Below, piece after piece: positions 52,749-64,000 of a stretch of DNA of 64,000 bases; position 1 is the stretch's first letter, and every line of letters starts with the position of its first letter. Both the position numbers and the translations under genes were made by a program. The notes beneath the pieces were generated by a model. It was not told the DNA's origin. It did no database searches and saw nothing but the letters and a program-made list of their open reading frames with translations. This DNA is from Octopus sinensis (lineage: Eukaryota): positions 31,186,001-31,250,000 of the forward strand of contig NC_043003.1 of assembly GCF_006345805.1 (NCBI RefSeq), read 5' to 3'.

Positions 52749-54152
52749 GACACAACACACAAATGAAAGAGAAAATAAAAAAAGAATATTATAGACGAGT
52801 TAGATCAATACTAAACACAGAGCTCAATGCTAAAAACAAGATAATAGGTATCAACACTTTAGCTGTCCCAGTTATAAGTTACAGCTACAATATCCTTAAC
52901 TGGACACGAAATGAACTGACCAAAATAGATAGGAAAACAAGAAAAATAATGACAGGATCTAGGATGCATCACCCAAAATCTGACATAGAAAGACTATATA
53001 TACAACGTATAGAAGGTGGTAGAGGCCTTATACAGCTGGAAAACTACTATAAAATAACCACCATAGGACTGCAAAAATATCTACTCAGAAGGAAGGAAAA
53101 CTGATCCAGATAGCGGCAAAACACGAGCAAAACAAAAAACTGTTCTCAGTATTTAAGGAAGCTGACAAATACAAACAAGAAATCATACCACCTAATAAAC
53201 ATGAAGAAGAAGAAGAAGATGGAGAAACAACAAAAGCTATAAAACAAATGAAATCCAAACTAAAAATAGAACAGCAACGAACCATGATAAAACGATGGCA
53301 AGAAAAGCCCCTCATGGTAAATACTGGACTAAATTAAACGCAAAAGAAATAGACAAAGAAAAATCCCAGCAATGGTTGAGAAGCTCAGGTCTCAAAGCAG
53401 AAACAGAGGGATTTTTAATTGCAGCACAAGACCAAAGCCTCCCCACCAGAAATTACCAAAAACATGTAATGAAAGAAATATTACAAGTAACTGCAGAATA
53501 TGTGATGGACAAGAAACAATAAATCATATTATCTCTAGCTGCTCAGTCCTGGCTAAGAAGGAATATATTCACAGACATGACAGAGTTGGAACCTACATAC
53601 ATTGGAAGCTATGCCAACATTATGGAATAACAACAGAAAAAAGATGGTATAGGCACACACCAGAAAAGGTCACAAAAAACGAGAAAGCAACCATACTCTG
53701 GGATATGCCGATACACACAGATAGAGAAATTAAGGCCAACAGACAGATATAGTTGTCAGAGACCATGAAGAAAAAAATGCTTTCTAATTGATGTATCAAT
53801 ACCGGCTGATGACAACGTGTCTCTAAAAGAAATGGAGAAACTCTCAAAATACAAAGACCTGGAAATAGAGGTAACTAGAATGTGGAATCTGAAAACAGAA
53901 ACAATTCCTATCATAGTAGGTGCATTAGGTATGATAAAAAAATATTCAGACAAATACATAACAAAAACACCAGGACATACAAACACATATAACATACAGA
54001 AAATTGCACTACTAGGCACTGCACACATCCTACGCAGAACACTTTCCATACAATAACCATCAGAGCATCACAACAAATCACAGCACATACCCAAGGCACA
54101 CAGAGCTGCGCTCGGTAGTGAAGTGAAAGCACGCTATAAAAATAAACTACTG
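52749..54152 (+). mobile_element. 5'-truncated R4/Dong-type element (RT thumb, CCHC, REL), several frameshifts, 3' UTR, (TAA)n tail 54153-54172
   Basis: EYYRRVRSILNTELNAKNKIIGINTLAVPV, MHHPKSDIERLY, SGLKAETEGFLIAAQDQ, CRICDGQETINHIISSC, YIHRHD, KLSKYKDLEIE, GTAHILRRTLSIQ*. Confidence 0.95.
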
Positions 54153-54172
54153 AATAATAATAATAATAATAA

Positions 54173-54775
54173 TGATTTCAAATTTTTGCCACAAGGGTAG
54201 CTTGGGGGAGGGGATTAAGTCGATTACAACGACTCCAGTGCGTAACTGGTACTTAATTTATCGCCCCGAAATGATGAAAGGCAAAGTGGACCCCAGGGGC
54301 ATTTGAACTTAGAACGTGAAGACAGACGAAATACCGCTAGGCATTTTGGTCGGCGTGCTAACGATTCTGCCAGCCCGCCGCCTTAATGGTTTAAAATTTT
54401 GCCACAAGGACAGGGGTTAGTCAGTTAAATTGACCCCAGTGTTTCACTAGTACTTAATTCGTCGACCCTGAGAGGATGAAAGACAAAGTCAACATCGGCA
54501 GAATTTGAACTCGGAACATAGTGACGGGCGAAATACCTGGTTTGCTAACGATTCTGCCAGCTCGCCCCTTAAAAATGGTAATAATCCTTTCTACTATAAA
54601 CACAAGGCCTGAAATTTTGGAGGAGAGGACAAATCGATTATATCGACCCCAGTATTTCACTGGTGTGCAATTTATCGACCCCGAAAGGATGAGAGGCAAA
54701 GTTGACATCGGCGGAATTTGAACTCAGAATGTAAAGACGGACGAAATGTCGCTAAAAATGTTGCTCGCAGCCTTA
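54173..54775 (-). mobile_element. Three adjacent SINE family A copies, each with its own head (54173-54385, 54386-54571, 54575-54775)
   Basis: Three cgccgcctta-like heads and three central domains. Confidence 0.85.
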
Positions 54776-54793
54776 ATAATAATAATAATAATA

Positions 54794-54824
<31 letters not shown>

Positions 54825-54877
54825 AATAATAATAATAATAGTAGTAGTAGTAGTAGTAGTAGTAGTAATGATAATAA

Positions 54878-55558
54878 TTCCATCAAATCTCTGTTGTTTG
54901 ACAACGGTCGAGCAACACCAAGATACTTCAAGGAGAAACGTAAGAACAAATGGCCAATTCATACAACAAAGTGAGAATGTCGGAAATAAAGACCTCTGGC
55001 GTTGATTGACGGATGGGAACTTGAAACAAGAGAGAGAAACGCTAATTAGCCGCTCAGGAACAAGCCCTTACAGTAAACCTGAAAAAGCAAAGATCGACAA
55101 AACCCGCTCAGAGAGCATATGTAGAAGAGTGGTATGAAAACGAACCAGAGGCTGTGATAGGAAAGAATTACAAGATCTTGCGGGAGTTCTTCTAATGACT
55201 GACCATACTATTGAAACAAGAAGACCGGATATGGTCATCGAGTATGAAATAAACAAACAGTGTAAGATCATGCTTTTTTGGAATTTCCTATGATGCCATA
55301 GTTGATGCCACAGAAATTGAAAATATTGAGAAATGGTAGGACTTAGCTAGAGGACTGAGCATACTGTGGAAGATCAAGGCAACAGTTTTTCTTGTGATAA
55401 GTGGTGCACTTGACACAACAACCAACATGCTTGTCGGCCTACAGAAAAGTACCATCCTATTTCCTGCAAGAATCTTAAGAAATATTCTTGAGATTTGAGG
55501 AGACTTGTTACCAAACCTCAAGGTAAAATACCTGCTAAGTAAATTAGCATCCACTAGC
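54878..55558 (+). mobile_element. Degenerate, internally deleted R4/Dong-type 3' part between (TAA)n(TAG)n and (AAC)n
   Basis: GQFIQQ..KDLWR*LTDGNLK..AAQEQAL, KIDKT..ICR, WYENEPEAV, TDHTIETRRPDMVI, VISGALDTT. Confidence 0.75.
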
Positions 55559-55581
55559 GCAACAACAACAACAACAACAGT

Positions 55582-55675
55582 GGAGGCGCAACGGCCCAGT
55601 GGTTAGGGCAGCGGACTCGCGGTCGTAAGAACACGGTTTCGATTCCCAGACCGGACAGTGTGAGTGTTTTGTTTG
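55582..55675 (+). mobile_element. SINE family C head only
   Basis: ggaggcgcaacggcccagtggttagggcagcggactcgcggtcg..tcgattcccagacc. Confidence 0.75.
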
Positions 55676-57180
55676 ACAAAGACCAGGATAAACAATATGA
55701 TGCTATCACAACTTCACTACGCTGAACAAATATATCTATTAACATCGATGAACTAAGAAAATCGAGAAAAAAAAAATGAAAGCCAAAATAAGCCTGGCGA
55801 TGAAAATATTGAACGATATGTTTAAGTAATACTATTGAATTATTAGGTAAGTTTTTTTGCTTCTGTCTCATATAAGTAAATATACTGCAAGTGTCGATTG
55901 TCTTTCGCGTATAACCAAAGTATCGGGTCAAATGTTAAATCTCTACTAGTTTGATTCATTGTTTTTCAATGTCAGACACAATATAACAACCAAAATCGTA
56001 TTATTTAAATGTGGAATGCATATGTTCAGTTTGATGCGTCAAAAATACGGGAATTGATTGCGCAAAACGTCTCATCGCCAGAAACAAAAAAGCTGGTACT
56101 CAATGAAAATAATGAAAGTTTAAAGAGAAGATCAGATTTTACTCCCCGTGGGATTTAAGCAAAATAGAATTCTAATTAGTTTTAATCAAAATATATTCTA
56201 GATTTAATATAATAGTCTTTAATTTAACTGAATAGTTTTAATCAAAGTAGAAAAGGTATAAATGTGTACGAGACAAATGCGTTTCTATACTACATATAAA
56301 TTTTATTGTTACACTCTATCGCAAAACCTGTTTACCATAAAAAGCACATATAAAACATTTTAGAGCGATAATCCAAAAGTAACTTTACATCCAGAGTTTC
56401 TAATTTAGGAAGATGTATTCTCAAAACCTAAAAAAAAATGTAAGTTAAAAATAGATACTAAACACATGAATAGAACACTCGAGGAGAAATAACGCATAAT
56501 GTAATTGCAACGAACAAAGATCAAACATCAAAAACCAAAACAACGAGTTAAAGACATTGGTAATATAAACCACAAAGATAGAATTAGCACACACATACAA
56601 AAAAAAATCCAAGAAATAACAAAGCGTAACTAAATCAAACACTAGCATACCTACTGATTACTGATAAAAACCGAACGAGAATATCTTACGCCCATATTAC
56701 AAACCAATGCTACTCTTATCTTTAATACTATTAGTAATAATGCCGATAATAATAATAATAATAATGAAATGATGACATCGATGAGAATGTTGATGACAGT
56801 AATAGTGTTGGGGGATTTCGGTAAAGATCAAGAGTCCTTGACGGTGCGATTGAAATTTTTGGCTTATCTGTAGAAATTGTGTAGACATAAAGTTGAGAGA
56901 GATGAGAAAATGATGAGTGGCGAAGAAATGAGTTAATGGCTTCAAAGAAAAAGTAGGGAAGTGAATGAGGTGTGGTAGGGAAATGTACGGAATATATAGT
57001 AAGTTAATAAGAGAAAGACAGAGAGGGAGAAGAGAAAGAGAGATAAAGAAAAAGAGAAAAAATGCGTTAGGGAAAAACAGTGTCGTATCTTTTTATGGGT
57101 TTAGAGAGTGATTGCTTTTACGTTGTCACATACTCATACAATATTGTGTGCATGTATATATTAGACCTGCATACATTATA

Positions 57181-57230
<50 letters not shown>

Positions 57231-57231
<1 letters not shown>

Positions 57232-58850
57232 TAAAATATTAGGGAATAAATCCAAACTTACAGGGAAAAATCAGATTTAGGATTAAATCGAATTTTATAG
57301 TATAAATATATTATATTATATTAAATTAGAGATAAAACCGCTATTAGGCAAATCAAACAATGAAAATCATAAGCCAATACATAAAATTAATTAATTTATA
57401 TTATTTTAAATATATATCAAAAGTATTAAAAGTTTAATAAAAGATAAAGAGTAAAACACTACGATCGTTTCATGGTTGTACAATTCGTAATACTTCGAGT
57501 TATGGTTACAGTCAATCTTCAGGTTAATTGAAAAATCTAAAATATAATCAGAAATATTTAAACAATATTTTAAAGATATAAATAATATAATCATTTTACT
57601 TATAATAAACTCTATTATCAAACTAGAAACATAAAACTTAACAATTATGATTATATCAAAATCGACTATAATGTTAAATATTAATTTTAATTTATAAGGT
57701 AAGAAACCCACCAATAATCTAATATCGGTATTATTCTATATCTAATTACATAAATATTTTAAAATGACTAATATATATAAATTATCAATGTATATAAATA
57801 TTATAATTAAGATCTAAAATAATCTCTATAAATAAATATATATGCACATATAATAAAAACCTAATAAATTAATTTTTCATATTTAAAGATGAAATAGCTA
57901 ATTTCAAAATACAAATAAACAAACTTAAACGAACTTTCGGAAATCTTATGTAAAATACTTATAGAAATTATCAATTCATAGTAATATAGTATCGAATAAA
58001 TACTATAAATACTACAAATATAATTATCAATGGGAATAACTAGCGAATATCAATTTAAAGAAATAACTAAGTTATGCTATTAAATTAGACATGGCCTGGA
58101 CCAATCTTTAGTCGAAACATATCTAAGTTTATCAAAGTTTATCTAATTTAATTATAAATTTAAAACTACAATTAATACTATTAAAACATGTATATACAAA
58201 AGCCTAACTTAATACACCACGTATGCTTGCTATCAAATAACAAATCTATCGCTAAGTAGTATCTTACGAATAAACTTAAATTTAATATCTAATAATATAG
58301 AAAATTACGATAATTAGATCATTACATAAACAACGATATTTACATAAGGAAAATATTATTACACCAAAGACTTATACAATATTAAAATTTACAATTTGAA
58401 GATCTTAAATATAAATAAATACTTATCTTAGCGAGGTTTAGCAATGAACTAAAATTTTGAATCGGAAAACGTCTTTAGAGCGTTTATAAGAATACTCGTG
58501 GAATTACGTTATCAGTAAAAAAGAAAAAGAATAAATTGTTGAAGAATTCATTAAGCGTGAGGAACCTACGCTTTATCAATGGGATTGTGAATGGGAAAAT
58601 TAATGGTTTATCATTGTAAATAGAATGAAGACACAAATAAAGAATAAAATCTCTCTATACTATAATATTTATTGATAAAATAACTATGATAAATAATACT
58701 TAATACAAAATAAATTAAATGATTTAAATGATTAAAAACCACTAATTATTAAATATATTCTAAAAATCTTATATGATTAATAAATATATAAAACATTTAT
58801 TTATATAGTAACCCCTCATCATACTATAAAGTCTTTCCCATGCTCTTATA
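57231..58850. mobile_element. Very AT-rich degraded Penelope-like copy: pLTR in - orientation (57231-~57700), then probable GIY-YIG remnants on +
   Basis: pLTR homology to 1555-1885 with a hammerhead remnant at 57457-57490 (-). The + strand gives YRI..NGITS, YAIKLD..KH and VEEFIKREEPTLYQWD* (weak). Confidence 0.45.
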
Positions 58851-59547
58851 GTTATAAGCTAAAATTAGTGATCATAACCAAATCTATAAATACTTATCAA
58901 AATTTGTAGTATAACTATACATACGTATACATAAATATATAAAAAAATATACATACATATACATATATATATACATATATTTATATACATATATATATAT
59001 ACATATACATATACATACACATATACACATACATACACACATACATACATATACATATATTCACACATATATACACACACATACACACATATGCATACAC
59101 ATACGTGCATGTACATACATACAATACTCAATATATACACATACACCTATATACACACACCCACACACACACACATAAATAAATGTATATACATATACAT
59201 ATATATACACGCACATCAACATATACACATATACATACACAACCACATATATCATATAATAAATACATATATAAATGTCTATATTCATACTACAATACAA
59301 AATAGAGGTAAATATTAAGTTAAATCTAAATAATTAATCTATTAATCTATACTTCTATATTAAATAAAATAGATTAAATAAACAACTAAATAAATCTATT
59401 TCAAATATAAAGAAATTACATACAAATTATAATTTAACGAAGTTATAACAGAAATATAACAAAATATATAAAATAAATAAAATTGTAACTTAACAGACTC
59501 TATATTCAATAAACCATTAAATATTTATTAAACATATATTTAGTAAT

Positions 59548-59846
<299 letters not shown>

Positions 59847-60021
59847 CTAGCCAGTTTCGTCATTTAGTACACTACACGGCGAATAAATGATGCCATGAAT
59901 TTCGAAGTACCTATTGAGATACCTGCATCTAGCTATCATACGTGCACGATCGCATACACGCACACACATGTATTTAAGCGAACTTTAGAATAGTTCAAAT
60001 ACGTTTTTGACATATTTTAAC

Positions 60022-60331
60022 TTCTAAGGATAAGTTCACAGCAGTTACTGTAACTTCTAAAAGCAAATTGACAGCAACTACCAGACGCGTTTCTGGCTCT
60101 TTATCGTTATCAATGGGAAAAACCAATGTGAGATAACTCTGGGCAGATTTTAAAGAAAATACAATCAACAACATTGAGTGAGTTGCGCTAAGAAATTCAG
60201 TAGTATCAGCGCCAGGCAGTGTTTACGTATTTCCCATTGATAACGGATAAAGAGCTAGAGGCTTTTCATACCTTTTACCATCATACAAAATTCTTTAATC
60301 GACGGTAACTGCAGCGAATTTTCCTTCAGAA
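60022..60331. repeat. Older, diverged fold-back element with two matching blocks per arm
   Basis: 60022-60050 versus 60303-60331, and 60091-60120 versus 60230-60260. Confidence 0.75.
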
Positions 60332-60404
60332 GGTGAAACATACCACAATCATATTTTAACTAACCTAAAGTTCGCTAATGCCTAAACACTGCTTGGCGCT
60401 GACA

Positions 60405-60625
60405 GGCGCATGGCTCAGAGGTTAGAGCGAAGGCTCACAATTATGAGGTAGTGGATTCGAATCCCGGACCGGGCCGTGTGTTGTGTTCCTGAGCAAGACA
60501 TTTTATTTCACGTTGCTCAGGTTCACTCAGGTGTAGAAAAGAGTTGCGACGTCACTGTTGCCAAGCTGTATCGGCTTCTACCTTTCCCTTGTATAACATC
60601 GGTGGCGTGGAGAGGGGAGGCTGGT
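60405..60625 (+). mobile_element. SINE family C, 3'-truncated
   Basis: Aligns with 48405-48626. Confidence 0.85.
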
Positions 60626-62010
60626 GAGCGGAGCTCTTCCTCAGAAACATAGAAAGAGGAAAGACCCAAGGGAGGGAAGACGGAGGAAAAAAATCGCCAA
60701 CGATACACACTCGGGTACATATTGAATGACCGAAAAAGTTCTTTCAAAGACAGGAGATTGCAAGAGAAGGAGGTATGTGTGTGTTTGTGTGTGTTTGTGT
60801 GTGTGTAATGATAGCACGTGTGTATGATTGTGGCTGTTAATCTATGTGTGGTTGGGTTTAGTATCGTTTAAGGTCATAGGAGTGGCTCCTGTTGTGTCTC
60901 TACCTACACATGTGCAGAGAAGAATGGTCAGTAGAAGGTACTGGAAGCTTGAAGTATGTGTGTGTGCTTTGTTTGCAGTGTGTGTGTGAGTGTATGCATG
61001 TATGTGTGTGTTCGTGTATGTGTAGGGGTTGTGTGTGTGGGGAATAACTACTTTACTTTATGTATGTGTGCGTGTGTGCTTGTATGTGCGTATGTGTATA
61101 TACATATATATGTATAATTGTGTGCGTGTATGTATGAGTGTGTGATGTGTGTATGGGAGGTATGTGTGGGTTCATTTGCGGGTGCGTGTGTGTGTATGTG
61201 TGTGCGTGTGTGCGTATGTGGGTGTGTATAGGTGTATGTGTGGGGTTGTGAGTGTTAGGTATGTGTGTCTTCGTGTGTGTGCATGTTTGTGCGTGTGTGT
61301 GTGTGTCTATATGTATATGCGTATGTGTATGTGTGTGTGCGTATATGCATGTATTGAGTGTGTATGTATATGTATAGGTCAGTATGTGAATTTGTGTATG
61401 CGTGTGTGCGTGGGGGTTTGTGGGTTTTGTGTAGGTGTAATGTGCGTATCTGCGTGCATGTACGTGCGTGTGCTTGTGTGTGTGTGTGCTTACGTGCATG
61501 TGTGCGTTTCTGTATGTGTATTGTGTGTTGGAGGTATACGTGCGAACCTGTGCTAGTGTGTGTGTATGTACGTGTGTATATGTGTGTGTGCGCCTTGGTG
61601 TATGTGGGTGGGTGTGTATGTGTATGTATGCGTGTGTGTATGTGTGTGTGTGTGTGTGTGGAAGTATGTGCGTGTATATGTGCATGTATGTATGTTGTAT
61701 GTGTGTGGTGTGTGAGAGGTATATATGCGTTCGTGGATACGTAAGTATGCGTGTGTATGCGTGCGTGTGTATAGAAATAAAAACAATGATTTATAAAAAC
61801 AATAAATTATAAACAATAAAAATCAAAAAAATTATAAAACAATAAAATATAAAAAGATTGAAAGGAGATAAGGAAGTTAATGCAATATAAAAGGCGCACT
61901 TACAAGTAGAAAATGAAAAATGAGAAAAGAAATCAAGTTGCTTGTTGCGGGAGGTGTAGAGGCAGTCACTAGGAGGAGGGGGTTATGTTAAGTCCATGGG
62001 GGATAGTAAT
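60626..62010 (-). mobile_element. Penelope-like 3' end: ORF tip (PHGLN), long degenerate CA-rich tract, pLTR ending in a truncated hammerhead motif
   Basis: IPHGLNITPSS* near 61970-62005 (-); CTGAGGAAGAGCTCCGCTC at 60626-60644 (-). Confidence 0.55.
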
Positions 62011-62259
62011 AAATACACACATACACACACATATACAAATGAGATTAAGACAGCTGGTTGACAATTTGATCATATCTAAAGCGTAAAGTAACAGTAGATG
62101 TCATCAGTGTCAGAAATATAATGATGCTCTTAAGAATGTATTGAGTAGTTTTTCTCTTGTTCGTAATATACGTGTATGCGCTTCTGCACCTCTCTCTCTC
62201 TATCTCTCTCTCTCTCTCTCTCTCTGTGTCTCTCTCTCTCCACACACACACACACATAT

Positions 62260-62610
62260 AATAAATTAATAATAAGGAAATGAGATTTATATATCCAGTT
62301 TTATTCTGCAGTCAATTACGTCTTTCCATTTCTGCAACCTACATATGTTTCTGATCCAATTTCGTGCCCACTGCAAAATTTTGCATCTCGGTGTGCATTT
62401 TGGTGTTAATTGCCGCTTCTTCGGGTTACTATTAACAGCGTTTCAAATCCTATCTGAACTTAATAGCAACCTGACGAAGTGGCAATTAACACCAAAATGC
62501 ACACGAAATTGCAGCAGAGACATATGTAGGTTGCAGACATGGAAATACGTGATTGACTGCAGAATAAAACTGGATATATAAATCTCTTTTCTTCTTATTA
62601 TTAATTTATT
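62260..62610. repeat. Nested fold-back element: ~95-bp outer arms, ~47-bp inner arms, ~23-nt loop
   Basis: 62260-62352 versus 62515-62610; 62389-62435 versus 62459-62505. Confidence 0.9.
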
Positions 62611-63089
62611 ATTTCTTCTCTACCGACACCATGCAGTCTCCAAAGAGATATATGGATTTACCGATATTAAGATCTAAGGATAGTAAAATAAACTAACTGG
62701 AGTTTTTCTATACTCACGGAAGTTAACCAGCATTATTAACCGGTAAAAGTGAACACGGTACTCGGTAGGATTGTATATCCCTACCACCTTAATTTGGTAA
62801 TTTACCCCCCCCCCTCCCTCTGGTTGATAGGCCAGTTACTGCAATATGGGTTTGCTGTGTTAACAGTACAAGATCGCTGCGAATAGATGCTCAGCTGATC
62901 AAAACGCTGGTGCAATTTTGTTTCCATAAATTTTTTGCGTCGCCGTTTTACCTCAGAAGGTATGTGAGTTACAAAAATGGCGTTGCAAACACGGATTTCC
63001 TGGTTCAGCACCACGCCGTGGGATCGATCCTGGGAATTCGTGTTGGCAAAACGAAGTGCTTAACCATTTGGTCATAATTCTTTTGTACT

Positions 63090-63843
63090 TTAGGCACAAG
63101 ATTCTAAACTTTTGGGGAGGGGGGGCAGCCGATTAGATCGATCTCAGTACGCAACTGGTACTTAATTTATCGACCCTGAAAGGATGAAAGGCACAACCTC
63201 CGCGGAATTTGAACTCAGAACTTAAAGACAGACGGAATACCTATTTCGTTATTGCTCAGAAGGAGCTAAACACAGAGAGGACAAACAAGGACAGACAAAT
63301 AGATTAAGTCGATTATATCGACCCCAGTGCGTAACTGGTACTTATTTAATCGACCCCAAAAGGATGAAAGGCAAAGTCGACCTCGGCAGAATTTGAACTC
63401 ACAACCTAACGGCAGACAAAATACCTATTTCTTTACTACCCACAAGAGGCCAAACACAGAGGTGACAAACAAGGACAGACAGACGGATTGAGTCGATTAT
63501 ATCGACCCCAGTGCGTAATTGGTGCTTAATTTATCGACCCCGAAAGGATGAAAGGCAAAGTCGACCTCGGCGGAATTTGAACTCAGAACATAACGGCAGA
63601 CGAAATACTTATTTCTTTACTACCCACAAGCGGCTAAACACAGAGGGAACAGACAAGGACAGACAAAGGGATTAAGTCGATTACACCGACCCCAGTGCGT
63701 AACTGGTACTTAATTTATCGACCCCTAAAGGTTGAAAGGCAAAGTTGACCTTGGCGGAATTTGAAATCAGAACGTAACGGCAGATGAAATACCGCTAAGC
63801 ATTTCGCCAGACGTTCTAACGCTTCTGCCAACTCGCCGCCTTA
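63090..63843 (-). mobile_element. SINE family A multimer: one head plus four tandem bodies (~184-bp period)
   Basis: The gaactcagaac box recurs at ~63211, 63395, 63579 and 63763; single head at ~63790-63843. Confidence 0.9.
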
Positions 63844-64000
63844 TATTACACTCCTGTCACACATTCATAGCCATTGTTTTTACCCTTCAAATGGAAGAGA
63901 TCTGGGGTTTATTACCATGCCTACGTTTTTGAGTTCAAGTCTGAAAGAGGTCAACTTTGTCTTTAACCCTTCCGAGATTCGTGAAATACTTGAGTTCATA

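Noticed and set aside
55700-56160. Strong AG|GTAAGT donor at 55847 and a short open frame MWNAYVQFDASKIREL..
   Set aside because: All frames upstream of the donor contain stops, there is no homology, and such donors occur by chance at this scale.
63090-63843. CRISPR-like or satellite-like regular repeats
   Set aside because: Units are whole SINE bodies without unique spacers, in a eukaryotic context.

Overview
This is AT-rich, microsatellite-saturated animal DNA. The repeat landscape (tRNA-derived SINE families, R4/Dong LINEs, Penelope, Tx1, RTE, mariner) looks like an octopod cephalopod genome; that assignment is inference. I found no host protein-coding exon I can support, and nearly all ORF-track entries are microsatellite translations or antisense to transposons. 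The window holds about 8 R4/Dong-type RLE retrotransposon pieces, one with an open 591-aa RT-CCHC-REL frame at 19953-21728. It also holds several Penelope-like pieces and pLTRs with minimal hammerhead-ribozyme-like motifs, two Tx1/L1-type 3' ends embedded in (TATC)n, RTE and CR1-like fragments, a full-length dead mariner, a probable hAT end, more than 20 SINE copies of three families, and at least seven long fold-back inverted repeats. The most notable signals are: apparent (TATC)n-specific Tx1 insertion with a covarying 3' UTR hairpin; (TAA)n-specific Dong pile-ups shared with SINE tails; a hammerhead series including a CUGUUGA core variant; head-plus-tandem SINE multimers with a ~184 bp period; and a composite fold-back built from two inverted ~250 bp mini-elements. 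All coordinates were read by eye, and element boundaries are approximate.
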